Assembly: GCA_964411395.1 (NCBI GenBank)
Contig: CAYPKX010000005.1
Location: 2,958 to 50,530 of the forward strand
DNA from: an uncultured Eubacteriales bacterium
Lineage (GTDB): Bacteria; Acidobacteriota; Aminicenantia; Aminicenantales; UBA4085
Length of the DNA: 47,573 nucleotides
Direction: 5' to 3'
The position numbers and the translations under genes were made by a program. Position 1 is the first letter of the stretch; each line of letters starts with the position of its first letter. A model generated the notes under the pieces. That model was not told the DNA's origin, ran no database searches, and saw nothing but the letters and a program-made list of their open reading frames with translations. Below are positions 17,155 to 25,729 of the stretch, in pieces.

Positions 17155-17159
17155 ATCGA

Positions 17160-17651
17160 CTATACTAATTTTTTTTTCCTGGCCGACTCCAGGTAAATCA
17201 GGTCTTCGCGGTCCTTTCCTCGGGAAACGGAGCGTTTGTTCTTTATCAAAGCGTCGAGGCCGATGTAGGGCACGGGAACGGTTTCTTCTCCCGCCTCAAA
17301 CGAGTCCATAACTTTCGTTTTCCATGCTTCGCCGAAGGATACGCCTGTTATCGAATTCATCAGATCAATCCGGTTTGGAGGGAGTCCGAATTGGAACACG
17401 GCGTGTGGTTCCCTCAGGTCCTCCGGTTCATCGATCCCCGGAATCGATCCGCCCCAGAATTCCCGAAGAGCCTGGAACATTCGACCGGCGTTGGTCTTGG
17501 ACGGTTCGAAAAAAAAGTCGACGTCGCCCGTCCCTCTCGCCAAACCGTGATAAATGACGGCTTCTCCCCCGACGATGAGAAAACGGACCTTATAATGGGA
17601 AAGAAGGCGGATAAACGCCCTCGTATCTCTCGAGAAGTGCCCGGGATTCAT
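17160..17651 (-). CDS. Nucleotidyltransferase-fold protein (minimal Pol-beta-like; DUF6036-like by recollection)
   Basis: 163 aa. The segment FLIVGGEAVIYHGLARGTGDVDFFF fits the hG[GS]-x(9-13)-DhD nucleotidyltransferase signature. The ATG overlaps the stop of a 56-aa upstream ORF (ATGA). Confidence 0.6.
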   Translation of the reverse strand: MNPGHFSRDTRAFIRLLSHYKVRFLIVGGEAVIYHGLARGTGDVDFFFEPSKTNAGRMFQALREFWGGSIPGIDEPEDLREPHAVFQFGLPPNRIDLMNSITGVSFGEAWKTKVMDSFEAGEETVPVPYIGLDALIKNKRSVSRGKDREDLIYLESARKKKLV

Positions 17652-17818
17652 GCCCTCGGCCGGACGGCCCGCACGTCGGGCTGATTTGCTCCGTACAGCC
17701 GTCGCTTGATGATCCGGGCCGCCCGTTGGCGTTGGGCCGGGGTCATCGAAATGTTTTGTTCGACATCCCGACGGCCGGCTTCAAGGAAACTTCGGGCGAT
17801 GATGACGACTTTTTTCAT
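17648..17818 (-). CDS. Small partner ORF (56 aa) of the nucleotidyltransferase-fold gene
   Basis: Not in the ORF track (<60 aa); translated by hand as MKKVVIIARSFLEAGRRDVEQNISMTPAQRQRAARIIKRRLYGANQPDVRAVRPRA. The 4-nt ATGA overlap with the downstream gene suggests translational coupling. The MTP..R...A......R.LYG pattern resembles small ORFs I recall upstream of (or fused to) such NTases. No SD at canonical distance. Confidence 0.4.
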   Translation of the reverse strand: MKKVVIIARSFLEAGRRDVEQNISMTPAQRQRAARIIKRRLYGANQPDVRAVRPRA

Positions 17819-17854
17819 ATGATCCGTCCGTCTTTGATTGTCTCCTCCCTGTTA

Positions 17855-18034
17855 TTATAGCAGAAACGGTGGAGACGGACGCCCGCTTTTTTCGACCCAG
17901 GCCCGCCTCCCCAGGTCCGTCAGGCGGGCGGCCAAGGCTTCTTCCTTGGATTTCAGATCGCCCTGTCCGCGGCTGAGCGATTTCCTCCGGATCCGTTCTT
18001 TTTTTCCCTCGGCGAAGATTTGCTTGAGACTCAT
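17855..18034 (-). CDS. Hypothetical small ORF (59 aa)
   Basis: Hand-translated as MSLKQIFAEGKKERIRRKSLSRGQGDLKSKEEALAARLTDLGRRAWVEKSGRPSPPFLL. Weak SD (GAAGG 7 nt upstream). Same strand as the two downstream genes. No recognisable family. Confidence 0.2.
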   Translation of the reverse strand: MSLKQIFAEGKKERIRRKSLSRGQGDLKSKEEALAARLTDLGRRAWVEKSGRPSPPFLL

Positions 18035-18105
18035 GGGAAGACCTTCAACTCAAACGGAATTGGACGACAACTACAGAATAATCTCCAAGGCGGCGTATCC
18101 CTGGC

Positions 18106-19242
18106 CTAAATCTTCGTCATGGTCTCCCGGTAGACGACGCCGCGTTCGCGGAGGCCGTCGAGCATGAATTTCACGCACTCCGGCCGGCGGCCGATGTATT
18201 CGGGCGGGATGATCCCCTTGTCGTTGAACAATCCGCCGGCCAGAAGCCGCAAGGCGCAGGAGGCGGTGTAGCCGGTCGTCCGGGCCATGGAATGAACGCC
18301 GGTGACGGGATCGCGCCGGTCGAGGAGGTCGTAGGTATAGCGCAGCGTCTCCTTGCCGCGGCGGCCTTCGACGATGATTTTCATGACGGTGAGGTCGGTC
18401 TCGCCCTCCTGGAGCTTCCATTTGGGAAAGAGAAGCCGGGAGGTGACGTCCAGAGGTTTGACCTTGACGCTGCCGACTTCGATTTCTTCGGTCCCGAAGA
18501 ATCCGGTTTCCCGGAGCATGGCCATCTTCTCGATGTGCCCGGGGTAGCGAAGCGTTTTCTCCTTCATGTCGGGAGCCGAGAGAGTTCGAGCGAGGGTTCG
18601 CAGCCCGTCGGTATTGAAGGCCTCGAGCGTCCCGACGCCCGGGAATTCCAGGCGTTCGGGTTCGGACAGGGCGGGTTTGACGATCAGGGCGCCGTTTTGG
18701 ATATACCGGGCCGGCCGGACGTATTCCTCGAGGACGTCGACCGGCGAGAACACGGCTTTGTATTCGAAGGGCCACTCACGGATTTCGGGGAGACCGCCGA
18801 CGTAGATCAGGACGGAATGGGTTTCGTCCAGGAGCGAAGAGACGTGGCCGGCGAGAAGATTCGACATTCCCGGAGCGACGCCGCAATCGACGATCGCGGT
18901 GACGCCGGCCGCCAGCGCCATATCCCGGAGGTCGAAAGGATCTTCGGGAAAGAAGGCGATGTCGACGACGCTTTTCCCGGCCGAAATGACGGCCTTGAGC
19001 GTCTGAAAACCCATGAAGCCGGGGACGGCGCTCAAGACCAGGTCGTGGCTCCGAACGAGCTTGGTGACCGTTTTGGGATCGGAGAGATTGACCTGGACGG
19101 TGGCAATGTTTTTCGCCCCGGCCAGCCGGGCGAACGCTTCGGAATCGTGATCGGCGACGGTGACGTTGAATCGGGAATCGGCGGCCAAATCCAGAGCGGT
19201 CGGGGCTCCGACGAGGCCCGACCCCAAGACGAGAATTTTCAT
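18106..19242 (-). CDS. Saccharopine dehydrogenase-family NAD(P) oxidoreductase
   Basis: The ATG at 19242 gives MKILVLGSGLVGAPTALDLA (Rossmann GxGxxG) with SD AAGGAG upstream; the ORF-track start at 19299 adds 19 residues with no support. The overall pattern resembles the Sacchrp_dh_NADP/_C family. Confidence 0.75.
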   Translation of the reverse strand: MKILVLGSGLVGAPTALDLAADSRFNVTVADHDSEAFARLAGAKNIATVQVNLSDPKTVTKLVRSHDLVLSAVPGFMGFQTLKAVISAGKSVVDIAFFPEDPFDLRDMALAAGVTAIVDCGVAPGMSNLLAGHVSSLLDETHSVLIYVGGLPEIREWPFEYKAVFSPVDVLEEYVRPARYIQNGALIVKPALSEPERLEFPGVGTLEAFNTDGLRTLARTLSAPDMKEKTLRYPGHIEKMAMLRETGFFGTEEIEVGSVKVKPLDVTSRLLFPKWKLQEGETDLTVMKIIVEGRRGKETLRYTYDLLDRRDPVTGVHSMARTTGYTASCALRLLAGGLFNDKGIIPPEYIGRRPECVKFMLDGLRERGVVYRETMTKI

Positions 19243-19412
19243 AATGACGCTCCTTTGCGAATCGAAGGGGAAAGGAAAGCTCCCGAGGGAGCCGCTCAAG
19301 GGAGGGAGAGGAAAGGGATTATAGACCGCTGAAGCGGTTGACGTAGAGGGCGCGGCGTTTATTCAAAGCCGGTCCATTGTAACTGATTCGGGAACTCCCG
19401 GCAATTCCTCCG

Positions 19413-19468
19413 ATAAAAACGAAGGGGTCGGGCCTCTTCTCAAGTATTAAAAATCGAGACCCGGCCCC
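19413..19468 (-). terminator. Rho-independent terminator after the Asp-box protein gene
   Basis: On the minus strand: a 13-bp stem (19456-19468 pairs with 19424-19436, with 2 G-U pairs), a 19-nt loop, then a U-rich tail (complement of 19413-19423, TTCGTTTTTAT). It starts 9 nt after the stop at 19477. Confidence 0.55.
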
Positions 19469-19476
19469 TTCCCGTT

Positions 19477-22400
19477 TTACTTGATATAGGGGAATCCGCT
19501 TGCCGCCAGGAGCTCGTTGAGCTCGCGAAGATCCTTGTCCTGAATCGCTTTCAGCCTGGCCGCCAACGGATCGACGAACGCCTTCAGGCTGTTCATCAGG
19601 TCGATGGACGTTTGGGTCGGACGGCCGATCGCGTTGAAGCTCCCGGCGATGCCCTGGACAAGCTCGGCGATCGTTCCGCCGCGGAAGGCGACGAGGATCG
19701 GCTTGCGGTACATCCCCATCCCGGGCGGGCTGACGAAGTAGACGCTTTTTATCGCCTCGAGGCCGGCCTTGACCTCTTTGAGTTTCGCTTCGGCCTTGCC
19801 CGTCGACTGGTTGGACAGAGCCTCGACTTGTTTGCTCAACGACTCGAGGGTGGAGAGCAGCGTCCGCCCTTTCTGAGCCAGGTCCTGCGCTTCCCGCAAA
19901 TACTTGCGGGCCGTCTCCCGGTCTTCGATGGTGATGTCCTGAAGCTCGTCCGGCTTGACGGTGACTTTAGTTTCGAGCTTTTTGCCGTTGACGTCCAAAA
20001 CGACTTTATAGTCGCCGGGAAGAATCCAGGGAGCCCCGCCCATTCCGCCCCGTCCTCCGCCTCCGCCGCCGAACGATCCTCTCCCGGCCGCCCCTCCGGC
20101 CGCCGGGCCGGGGGACACGCCTTCGCGCAGGTTCCAATAAACGCGATTGATCCCCGGTTCCTTGGAAGAAAACAGCGTTGCGACTTCGCGGCCGGAGCCG
20201 TCGGCGATCGAAATCCGGACCTTGGCGTCCTTGGCCGCAGCCGGATTCAGGTAATAATTGACGGCCGCTCCGAAAGGGGAATTCGGCCCGGCGTAGGCGT
20301 TGGTCGCGTCGGCCCAGCCGCGGTAGGAGAATATTTTCGCCGGTTTGATGTCGTAGAGGATCGCCTCCTGCCCCGCGGTTTCGGCGGTCATCTTCTCCAG
20401 CGGCCGGATGTCATCGACGATCCAGACGCCGCGGCCGTGGGTGGCGATCAACAGGTCGCGCTCCCGGGGATGAATCTGAATGTCGCGCACGGCGACGGTC
20501 GGAAAATCGGTTCTGTAGGGCGTCCAGGTCCGTCCGCCGTTCAAGCTGACGAACAATCCGAACTCGCTCCCGACAAAAAGGAGGTTGCGGTTCTCGACAT
20601 CCTCCCGGACGGTGTGCAGGTATCCGTATTCGGGAAGATTTCCGCGGAGCGAAACCCAGGTCTTTCCGAAATCCTCGCTCTTGAAGATGTAGGGCTTATA
20701 ATCGGCGACCTGGTGGCGGGACACCGTCAGATAAACCCCGCCCTCGATGAAATGGGAGGCCTCGATCCGGGTGATCCAGTTGTCATCGGCGGCGAAGCCC
20801 TTGACGTTTTTGGTCACGTTCTCCCAATGGGCCCCGCCGTCGCGGGTGACCTGGACCTGGCCGTCGTCGGTTCCGACCCAGATCAGGCCCTGCTTGAGAG
20901 GCGATTCGCTGATGGTCAGAATCGTGCAGTGATTTTCCGCGCCGGTGTTGTCCGGAGTGATTCCGCCCGAGTCGATGATCTTTTTGGGGTTGTTGGTCGT
21001 CAGGTCCGGACCGGCTTTTGTCCAGGACATTCCCCGGTCGGTCGACTTGAAGAGGTAATTTCCGCCGAAATAGAGGACATTCCGGTCATGGGGCGAAAGG
21101 TAGACGGGCGAGTCCCAGTTGAACCGGAAGGGCGGATCCGTCACCGGCGGTTCCGGCCGGATACGCTGGGATTCGCCCGTCTTCAGGTCATGGCGCTCGA
21201 TGCCGCCCATCTGGAGATTGCGGTAGTGGATCCACCACTCGACCGGGTCGAACTGGGCATAGTAGCCGTCTCCGCCGCCGGTGGACAGCCAATCGGAGTT
21301 GACGATGCCGGCCCGTTCGCGGGTATTGGACGGACCGACCCAGTTGCCGTTGTCCTGGAGTCCGAAGCCGACGTAATACGGGTCGCGCATGTCGAAGGCG
21401 ATGTTATAGAGCTCGGCCCAGGGCTGGGAGGCGACGGCGAAAAAGGTCCGGCCGGCGTTCCAGGAGATGTCGATTCCGCCGTCGTTTCCGTCAACGACGT
21501 GGTCGGAGTTTTGCGGATCGACCCAGACGGCATGATGGTCGGAGTGCGCTCCGCGGAAGACGTTTTCGAACGTCTTTCCGGCGTCGCGGCTGAGGTAGCA
21601 GGAGCCGGAATAAACGTAAACGACCAGGTCGTTCCCGGGATCGACGGTCATCCGGCTGTAATAGAACGGCCGGAAATTGACCCGGTCGTAGGTGGCTTCG
21701 TCGGCGACGCGCCGCCAGGTGGCGCCCTTGTCGTCGGACCGGAAGAGGCCGCTGTCTTCGGCTTCGATCAGGGCGTAGACGACGTTGGGGGCGCTCCGGG
21801 ACACGCCGAGCCCGATCCGTCCGTAAGGACCGGCCGGGAGACCCTGCTCCAATTTTTTCCAGGTCTCGCCGCCGTCGGCGGTTTTATAAACGGCGCTTCC
21901 CGGGCCGCCGCTTCGGAAATAATACGGCCAGCGGCGGTGGTCCCACATCCCGGCGTAGAGGATTTTGGAATTCGAGGGGTCCATGGCCATGTCGCAGGCT
22001 CCGGTTTCAGGGTTGACGTAGAGGACTTTTTTCCAGGTTTTGCCGCCGTCCTGAGTCCGGTAGACGCCGCGCTCTTCATTCGGGCCCCAGAGATGTCCCT
22101 GGGCGGCGATATAGACGATGTCCGGATCGACCGGGTCGATGGCGATCCGGCTGATGAACCGGGTTTCGGCCAGGCCCATGTTCGTCCAGGTCCGGCCGGC
22201 ATCCTCCGATTTATAAACGCCGTCTCCGGGGGCGACGGAATTGCGGGCGGTGGCCTCGCCGGTGCCGACCCAGACGATGTCCGGATGGCTCGGGGAAACG
22301 GCCACGGCGCCGACGGAGACGGTCGCTTCCTGATGGAATGAAGGCGTCCAGGTGATGCCCGCGTCTTCGGTTTTCCAGAGACCGCTCGGACCGACGGCCG

Positions 22401-22644
22401 CATACAGCACGGTCGAGCTTCCCGCCGGGGCGGCGAAGTCGACGGTTCGGCCGCCCATGTTGGCCGGACCGATGTTGCGCGGCTTCAAGGCTCGGAGAAG
22501 CGGGGCCGGATCGAGCGGGTCGGCCGCCGCAACGGCCGGAGAGGCCTTTGGCTTTTGTGCTTGGCCTGAGGCCGCGGGAAGAGAGACGAAGGTTAAAAGA
22601 ATGAAGACAAGAAAAAGGGAAAGACGGGCCCGACGATAAGACAT
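19477..22644 (-). CDS. Secreted Asp-box (BNR) repeat, sortilin/VPS10-like beta-propeller protein
   Basis: The ATG at 22644 (SD GGAGGA upstream) gives the signal peptide MSYRRARLSLFLVFILLTFVSLPAASG. About 9 Asp-box repeats of form S/T-x-D-x-G-x-T-W (SEDAGRTW, TQDGGKTW, TADGGETW, SDDKGATW, STDRGMSW, TRDGGAHW, SEDFGKTW, LNGGRTW). Gly-rich stretch near the C-terminus. The ORF-track start at 22779 lies upstream of the predicted promoter. Confidence 0.8.
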   Translation of the reverse strand: MSYRRARLSLFLVFILLTFVSLPAASGQAQKPKASPAVAAADPLDPAPLLRALKPRNIGPANMGGRTVDFAAPAGSSTVLYAAVGPSGLWKTEDAGITWTPSFHQEATVSVGAVAVSPSHPDIVWVGTGEATARNSVAPGDGVYKSEDAGRTWTNMGLAETRFISRIAIDPVDPDIVYIAAQGHLWGPNEERGVYRTQDGGKTWKKVLYVNPETGACDMAMDPSNSKILYAGMWDHRRWPYYFRSGGPGSAVYKTADGGETWKKLEQGLPAGPYGRIGLGVSRSAPNVVYALIEAEDSGLFRSDDKGATWRRVADEATYDRVNFRPFYYSRMTVDPGNDLVVYVYSGSCYLSRDAGKTFENVFRGAHSDHHAVWVDPQNSDHVVDGNDGGIDISWNAGRTFFAVASQPWAELYNIAFDMRDPYYVGFGLQDNGNWVGPSNTRERAGIVNSDWLSTGGGDGYYAQFDPVEWWIHYRNLQMGGIERHDLKTGESQRIRPEPPVTDPPFRFNWDSPVYLSPHDRNVLYFGGNYLFKSTDRGMSWTKAGPDLTTNNPKKIIDSGGITPDNTGAENHCTILTISESPLKQGLIWVGTDDGQVQVTRDGGAHWENVTKNVKGFAADDNWITRIEASHFIEGGVYLTVSRHQVADYKPYIFKSEDFGKTWVSLRGNLPEYGYLHTVREDVENRNLLFVGSEFGLFVSLNGGRTWTPYRTDFPTVAVRDIQIHPRERDLLIATHGRGVWIVDDIRPLEKMTAETAGQEAILYDIKPAKIFSYRGWADATNAYAGPNSPFGAAVNYYLNPAAAKDAKVRISIADGSGREVATLFSSKEPGINRVYWNLREGVSPGPAAGGAAGRGSFGGGGGGRGGMGGAPWILPGDYKVVLDVNGKKLETKVTVKPDELQDITIEDRETARKYLREAQDLAQKGRTLLSTLESLSKQVEALSNQSTGKAEAKLKEVKAGLEAIKSVYFVSPPGMGMYRKPILVAFRGGTIAELVQGIAGSFNAIGRPTQTSIDLMNSLKAFVDPLAARLKAIQDKDLRELNELLAASGFPYIK

Positions 22645-22696
22645 GGGATCCTCCATCCTCCGGGATAATGACGACGGCAATCGCCGCATGGGAGGA

Positions 22697-22725
22697 GATA
22701 TATCAGAAGGAAAATCATGCGTCAA
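22697..22725 (-). promoter_or_regulatory. Sigma70-type promoter (TTGACG-17-TATATC) of the Asp-box protein gene
   Basis: On the minus strand: -35 at 22725-22720, exact 17-nt spacer, -10 at 22702-22697. It lies ~50 nt upstream of the ATG at 22644. Confidence 0.5.
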
Positions 22726-22766
22726 CATGAATTCGGCGGAGGGGCGCCTTTTCCCTTCCGTCCTGA

Positions 22767-22795
22767 TTGATATCCGCAAAACCCCCCTTTATAAT
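22767..22795 (+). promoter_or_regulatory. Near-consensus sigma70 promoter (TTGATA-17-TATAAT)
   Basis: -35 at 22767-22772, 17-nt spacer, perfect TATAAT at 22790-22795. It sits back-to-back with the minus-strand promoter, 41 bp away. The next annotated ATG is ~190 nt downstream at 22990. Confidence 0.6.
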
Positions 22796-22989
22796 GGGCC
22801 TGATGGTTTGCCGAAAAAGGGAGGAGGATCGATTGAAATACGGGAAACCGGCCGCTTCATCCTGCCATGTCGGCGAGAATCAATAATCCGATATGGGCGC
22901 GGCCCAGGGTGTCCTCGCGATGAATCGGAAAAAAATCCTGATTCCGTCGACCGGACGCCGGGGCGGAACCGCCTGATCATTCATCGCCC

Positions 22990-23658
22990 ATGAAGACGAA
23001 CGCCTGCGAAATTGTCTCCTACATCACCCTCCGGCGGCTGATCGGTGTGTTGGGCATGATCCTGCCGATGATTTGCATCGCCGGGGGCGCGCTGTTTGCC
23101 GGAACGCCCGGCCAGCGCTCGATCAGCTACTACTACCACACCAACATGCGCGATTTTCTGGTCGGGCTACTGGTTGCCGTTTCGATGTTTTTCCTCACCT
23201 ACCGCGGATATGACCGGAAGGATCGCCTTGTCACCTGGATCATTGGTTTGGCCGGGATGGGGCTGGCGTTTTTTCCCATTCTCAGCGCCGAGAATCCGAA
23301 TGCCCCGGCCGGCCTTTTCCAGATCGAGGCCCGCTTCGCCAGCGCCGTTCACGTCGCCAGCGCGGGCGTTTTTTTCGTCCTTCTGGCCCTCAATTCGATT
23401 TTTCTCTTCACCCGGCATGGCGAAAAAAGCTCCCGGATGACGAAAAACAAAAAGATCCGGAACAGGATCTATGTCGTCTGCGGAGTCCTGATCCTGGCCG
23501 CGCTGGCGGCCTTCGTCCTGCTATGGTTTGTCCGGGGAGAAGCCTGGCTGAATCAAAGCCGCTGGGTGCTGGCTCTTCAGACCGTCATGCTCCTGGCCTT
23601 CGGCGTCTCCTGGCTGGTGAAAGGCGAAACGCTCTTCCGGGATACGAAATCCCTCTGA
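22990..23658 (+). CDS. Multi-pass integral membrane protein, family not assigned
   Basis: 222 aa with ~6 hydrophobic segments (e.g. LIGVLGMILPMICIAGGALFA, FLVGLLVAVSMFFL, WIIGLAGMGLAFFPI, VASAGVFFVLLALNSIFLF, IYVVCGVLILAALAAFVLLWF, LALQTVMLLAFGVSWLV). The conserved-looking motif SISYYYHTNMRDFLVG is not confidently placed in any family. Confidence 0.6.
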   Translation: MKTNACEIVSYITLRRLIGVLGMILPMICIAGGALFAGTPGQRSISYYYHTNMRDFLVGLLVAVSMFFLTYRGYDRKDRLVTWIIGLAGMGLAFFPILSAENPNAPAGLFQIEARFASAVHVASAGVFFVLLALNSIFLFTRHGEKSSRMTKNKKIRNRIYVVCGVLILAALAAFVLLWFVRGEAWLNQSRWVLALQTVMLLAFGVSWLVKGETLFRDTKSL

Positions 23659-23669
23659 GCCCGCGGCCG

Positions 23670-24449
23670 TCACTTCCTCAGCGAGGCTTTGGAGAAGACC
23701 GCCTCCGGGATCTCCGCGTCGAAATCGACCGACTCGATGACAAACTCCGTTCCGCCGCCTTCCTTGAGAACGTCGCGAAACAGCGCCCGCGTCTGCACCC
23801 AACGGCCTTCGATGCGTTTCACTTCGCCCACGTCCAGCGTTTTGAGAAGCCGGCCGCTCTTGCCGTACCGCTCCTCCTTGAGGACGAGGAAACGGGATTC
23901 GTCGACCCAGATCCGCCGGACTTCGTAGGCGACGTCCGGGGCCGTGGCCGTCAACTTGAGAATCCGGCAGGGCCGGTCGAGCACGGTCTCGGTCCCGTCG
24001 TCTGACGCGGCATAGATGGTCGACCATTTCCGGTTCTCCATCATGTCCTCGTAGGACAGATCCGAACCCATGACCGACTGGCGGAGCATGTTTCCGGAAA
24101 TGCCGATGACGCGATCGGCGGCGGGCGTGTACGTCCAGAGCTGTCTGCCGAGCTTCAGCATCTTGATTCCCTTGTCCCGGGGCGGCTCGAGATATTCGGT
24201 GAAGGCTTTGTTCTCGCCTTCGATCCAGGATTTAGACTTGACCGTTCGGTCGCCGCGGTGGCCGCGGATGGTCATGGACGAGACCATGATCTTGCTGCCG
24301 GGGACGGCGTTCTCGTCGATTTTATCGAGAAGCGCGGCGGCCGAACGGGCGGCCTGATTCCCGCCCGCCGTATCCGGATGCAGGACCGACGGAAAAATGA
24401 TCAACGAAAAGACGATGAAGAGCCAACCGGCGGGAAGCCAGCGTTTCAT
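23670..24449 (-). CDS. LolA-like outer-membrane lipoprotein-sorting family protein
   Basis: The ATG at 24449 (ATGA overlap with the upstream permease stop) gives the signal peptide MKRWLPAGWLFIVFSLIIFPSVL. The core (RTVKSKSWIEGENKAFTEYLEPPRDKGIKMLKLGRQLWTYTPAADRV, QSVMGSDLSYEDM) matches my memory of the LolA_like family. The ORF-track start at 24824 is an unsupported extension. Confidence 0.7.
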   Translation of the reverse strand: MKRWLPAGWLFIVFSLIIFPSVLHPDTAGGNQAARSAAALLDKIDENAVPGSKIMVSSMTIRGHRGDRTVKSKSWIEGENKAFTEYLEPPRDKGIKMLKLGRQLWTYTPAADRVIGISGNMLRQSVMGSDLSYEDMMENRKWSTIYAASDDGTETVLDRPCRILKLTATAPDVAYEVRRIWVDESRFLVLKEERYGKSGRLLKTLDVGEVKRIEGRWVQTRALFRDVLKEGGGTEFVIESVDFDAEIPEAVFSKASLRK

Positions 24450-25729
24450 GTTTCGAGCTCCTTGAAGAGCGAAGCGGTCGGGCGCTTGTAAATGCCCCGC
24501 CCGGCGATCGCCGTTCCGATGAGTGTGGACAGAATCCCCGGGATAAAGCCGATAAGATAGGATCCGGCCGTGACCCGGCTTCGCAGGTGGGAGGGCAGCA
24601 TCACGGCGGCGTTTTTCATAAAGCCCGAAATATTGATCCCATGGGCCTGAAGATAATACGACAGGGCCAATCCAAGGACGGTTCCGGCGATCGTCCCGAG
24701 CAGGCCGACCATGACCGCCTCGGCCAGCATCGCCCGGTAGACGCCGCCCTTGGATTCGCCCAGAGCCAGCCGGACGCCGATTTCGCCATAGCGGCGAAGA
24801 CTGCCGATCAATCCGGCATTCCACAGGACGAGCGACATGGCCAGGATGAAAATGGCCAGAATCGCCCCCTGGACCGCCCCGAATTGGTCGAGCATGGCGG
24901 CCAGATCGCTCTGGTCACGGATGGTTTTCATGACGGGGGTAAAAACGTCTCCGGCTTCCGCTTCACTCTTTCCGTTGAACCGGGCGGCGAGGCCTTCGAT
25001 AAATTCCCGTTCGTAGGGGCCGTCCGTCCGCCAGCCCAGGATCTCGCCGGCTGCATCCTCCATATCGAGGGCCGCCTGGGCGTCGGTGATGTCCATGACG
25101 AGTCCCGTCCGGTCAAGAGCGCGGACGCCGAAACGGACGATCCCGCTCACGGTGAAGTTGGCCGTGGCCATCGATCCGCTCATGGTCGAGCCGATCAGGG
25201 TGGCCGTTCCGCCCGGTTCGAGTTTGAGGCGATCGGCCAGGATTTCGCCGATGAGGATCTCTCCCGGCTTTTGCGGCAAGCGGCCCCTGGCGACGGTGTT
25301 CTCCAATCCGAGCCGCCGGATCTCGGCGCTTTCGGGCGTCAGGATATCGGCGGCGGTCCCGATGACCATGCCCTGGGCCCGGGTTTCTCCCGACGCGTCG
25401 GGAATGTCCAAAAGTCCGCCGAACCGGATACGCGGCGCCCAGGCCGTTCCCGGGTATTCCTCTCGAAGGCCGGCGACGAGCCGGCCGATCCTGTCCAGGG
25501 CCAGATCGTTGGGCAGGGTTTCCGGTTCGGCCGCGTAACCCCGGGTCATGACTTTTACGTGTCCGGTCAGGAGGTCGGCGTTGAATTCGACAATCTGGTA
25601 CTCGGCTCCTTTAATATAGCCGTACATGAAGACCGTCAGGAAGACGCCGATCGCGACCGTCAGGAACGGAAGTAGGATCCGGGAGCGGTCCCGGACCAGG
25701 CCCTTGAACAAAAATCGGATCATGACCAT
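24446..25729 (-). CDS. ABC transporter permease, FtsX/MacB-type
   Basis: 427 aa. N-terminal TM (ILLPFLTVAIGVFLTVFMYGYI), a large extracytoplasmic domain, then 3 C-terminal TMs with the FtsX-like RRYGEIGVRLALGESKGGV motif. Overlaps the upstream permease by 10 nt; an alternative ATG at 25723 gives a 4-nt overlap. Confidence 0.8.
   Translation of the reverse strand: MVMIRFLFKGLVRDRSRILLPFLTVAIGVFLTVFMYGYIKGAEYQIVEFNADLLTGHVKVMTRGYAAEPETLPNDLALDRIGRLVAGLREEYPGTAWAPRIRFGGLLDIPDASGETRAQGMVIGTAADILTPESAEIRRLGLENTVARGRLPQKPGEILIGEILADRLKLEPGGTATLIGSTMSGSMATANFTVSGIVRFGVRALDRTGLVMDITDAQAALDMEDAAGEILGWRTDGPYEREFIEGLAARFNGKSEAEAGDVFTPVMKTIRDQSDLAAMLDQFGAVQGAILAIFILAMSLVLWNAGLIGSLRRYGEIGVRLALGESKGGVYRAMLAEAVMVGLLGTIAGTVLGLALSYYLQAHGINISGFMKNAAVMLPSHLRSRVTAGSYLIGFIPGILSTLIGTAIAGRGIYKRPTASLFKELET

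Noticed and set aside
17078-17159. T-box or other leader upstream of valS
   Set aside because: Only 82 nt are available and no specifier or T-box-like sequence is visible. The region is dominated by the homopolymer tract.
19612-22341. 909-aa plus-strand ORF antisense to the Asp-box protein gene
   Set aside because: The minus-strand product has nine canonical Asp-box repeats and a signal peptide. The plus-frame product has no motifs.
22815-22850. Superficial resemblance of AAAGGGAGGAGG…GGGAAAC to the 5' half of the yybP-ykoY (Mn) riboswitch
   Set aside because: The conserved 3' half elements I recall for that class are absent. The similarity amounts to a purine-rich SD-like string.
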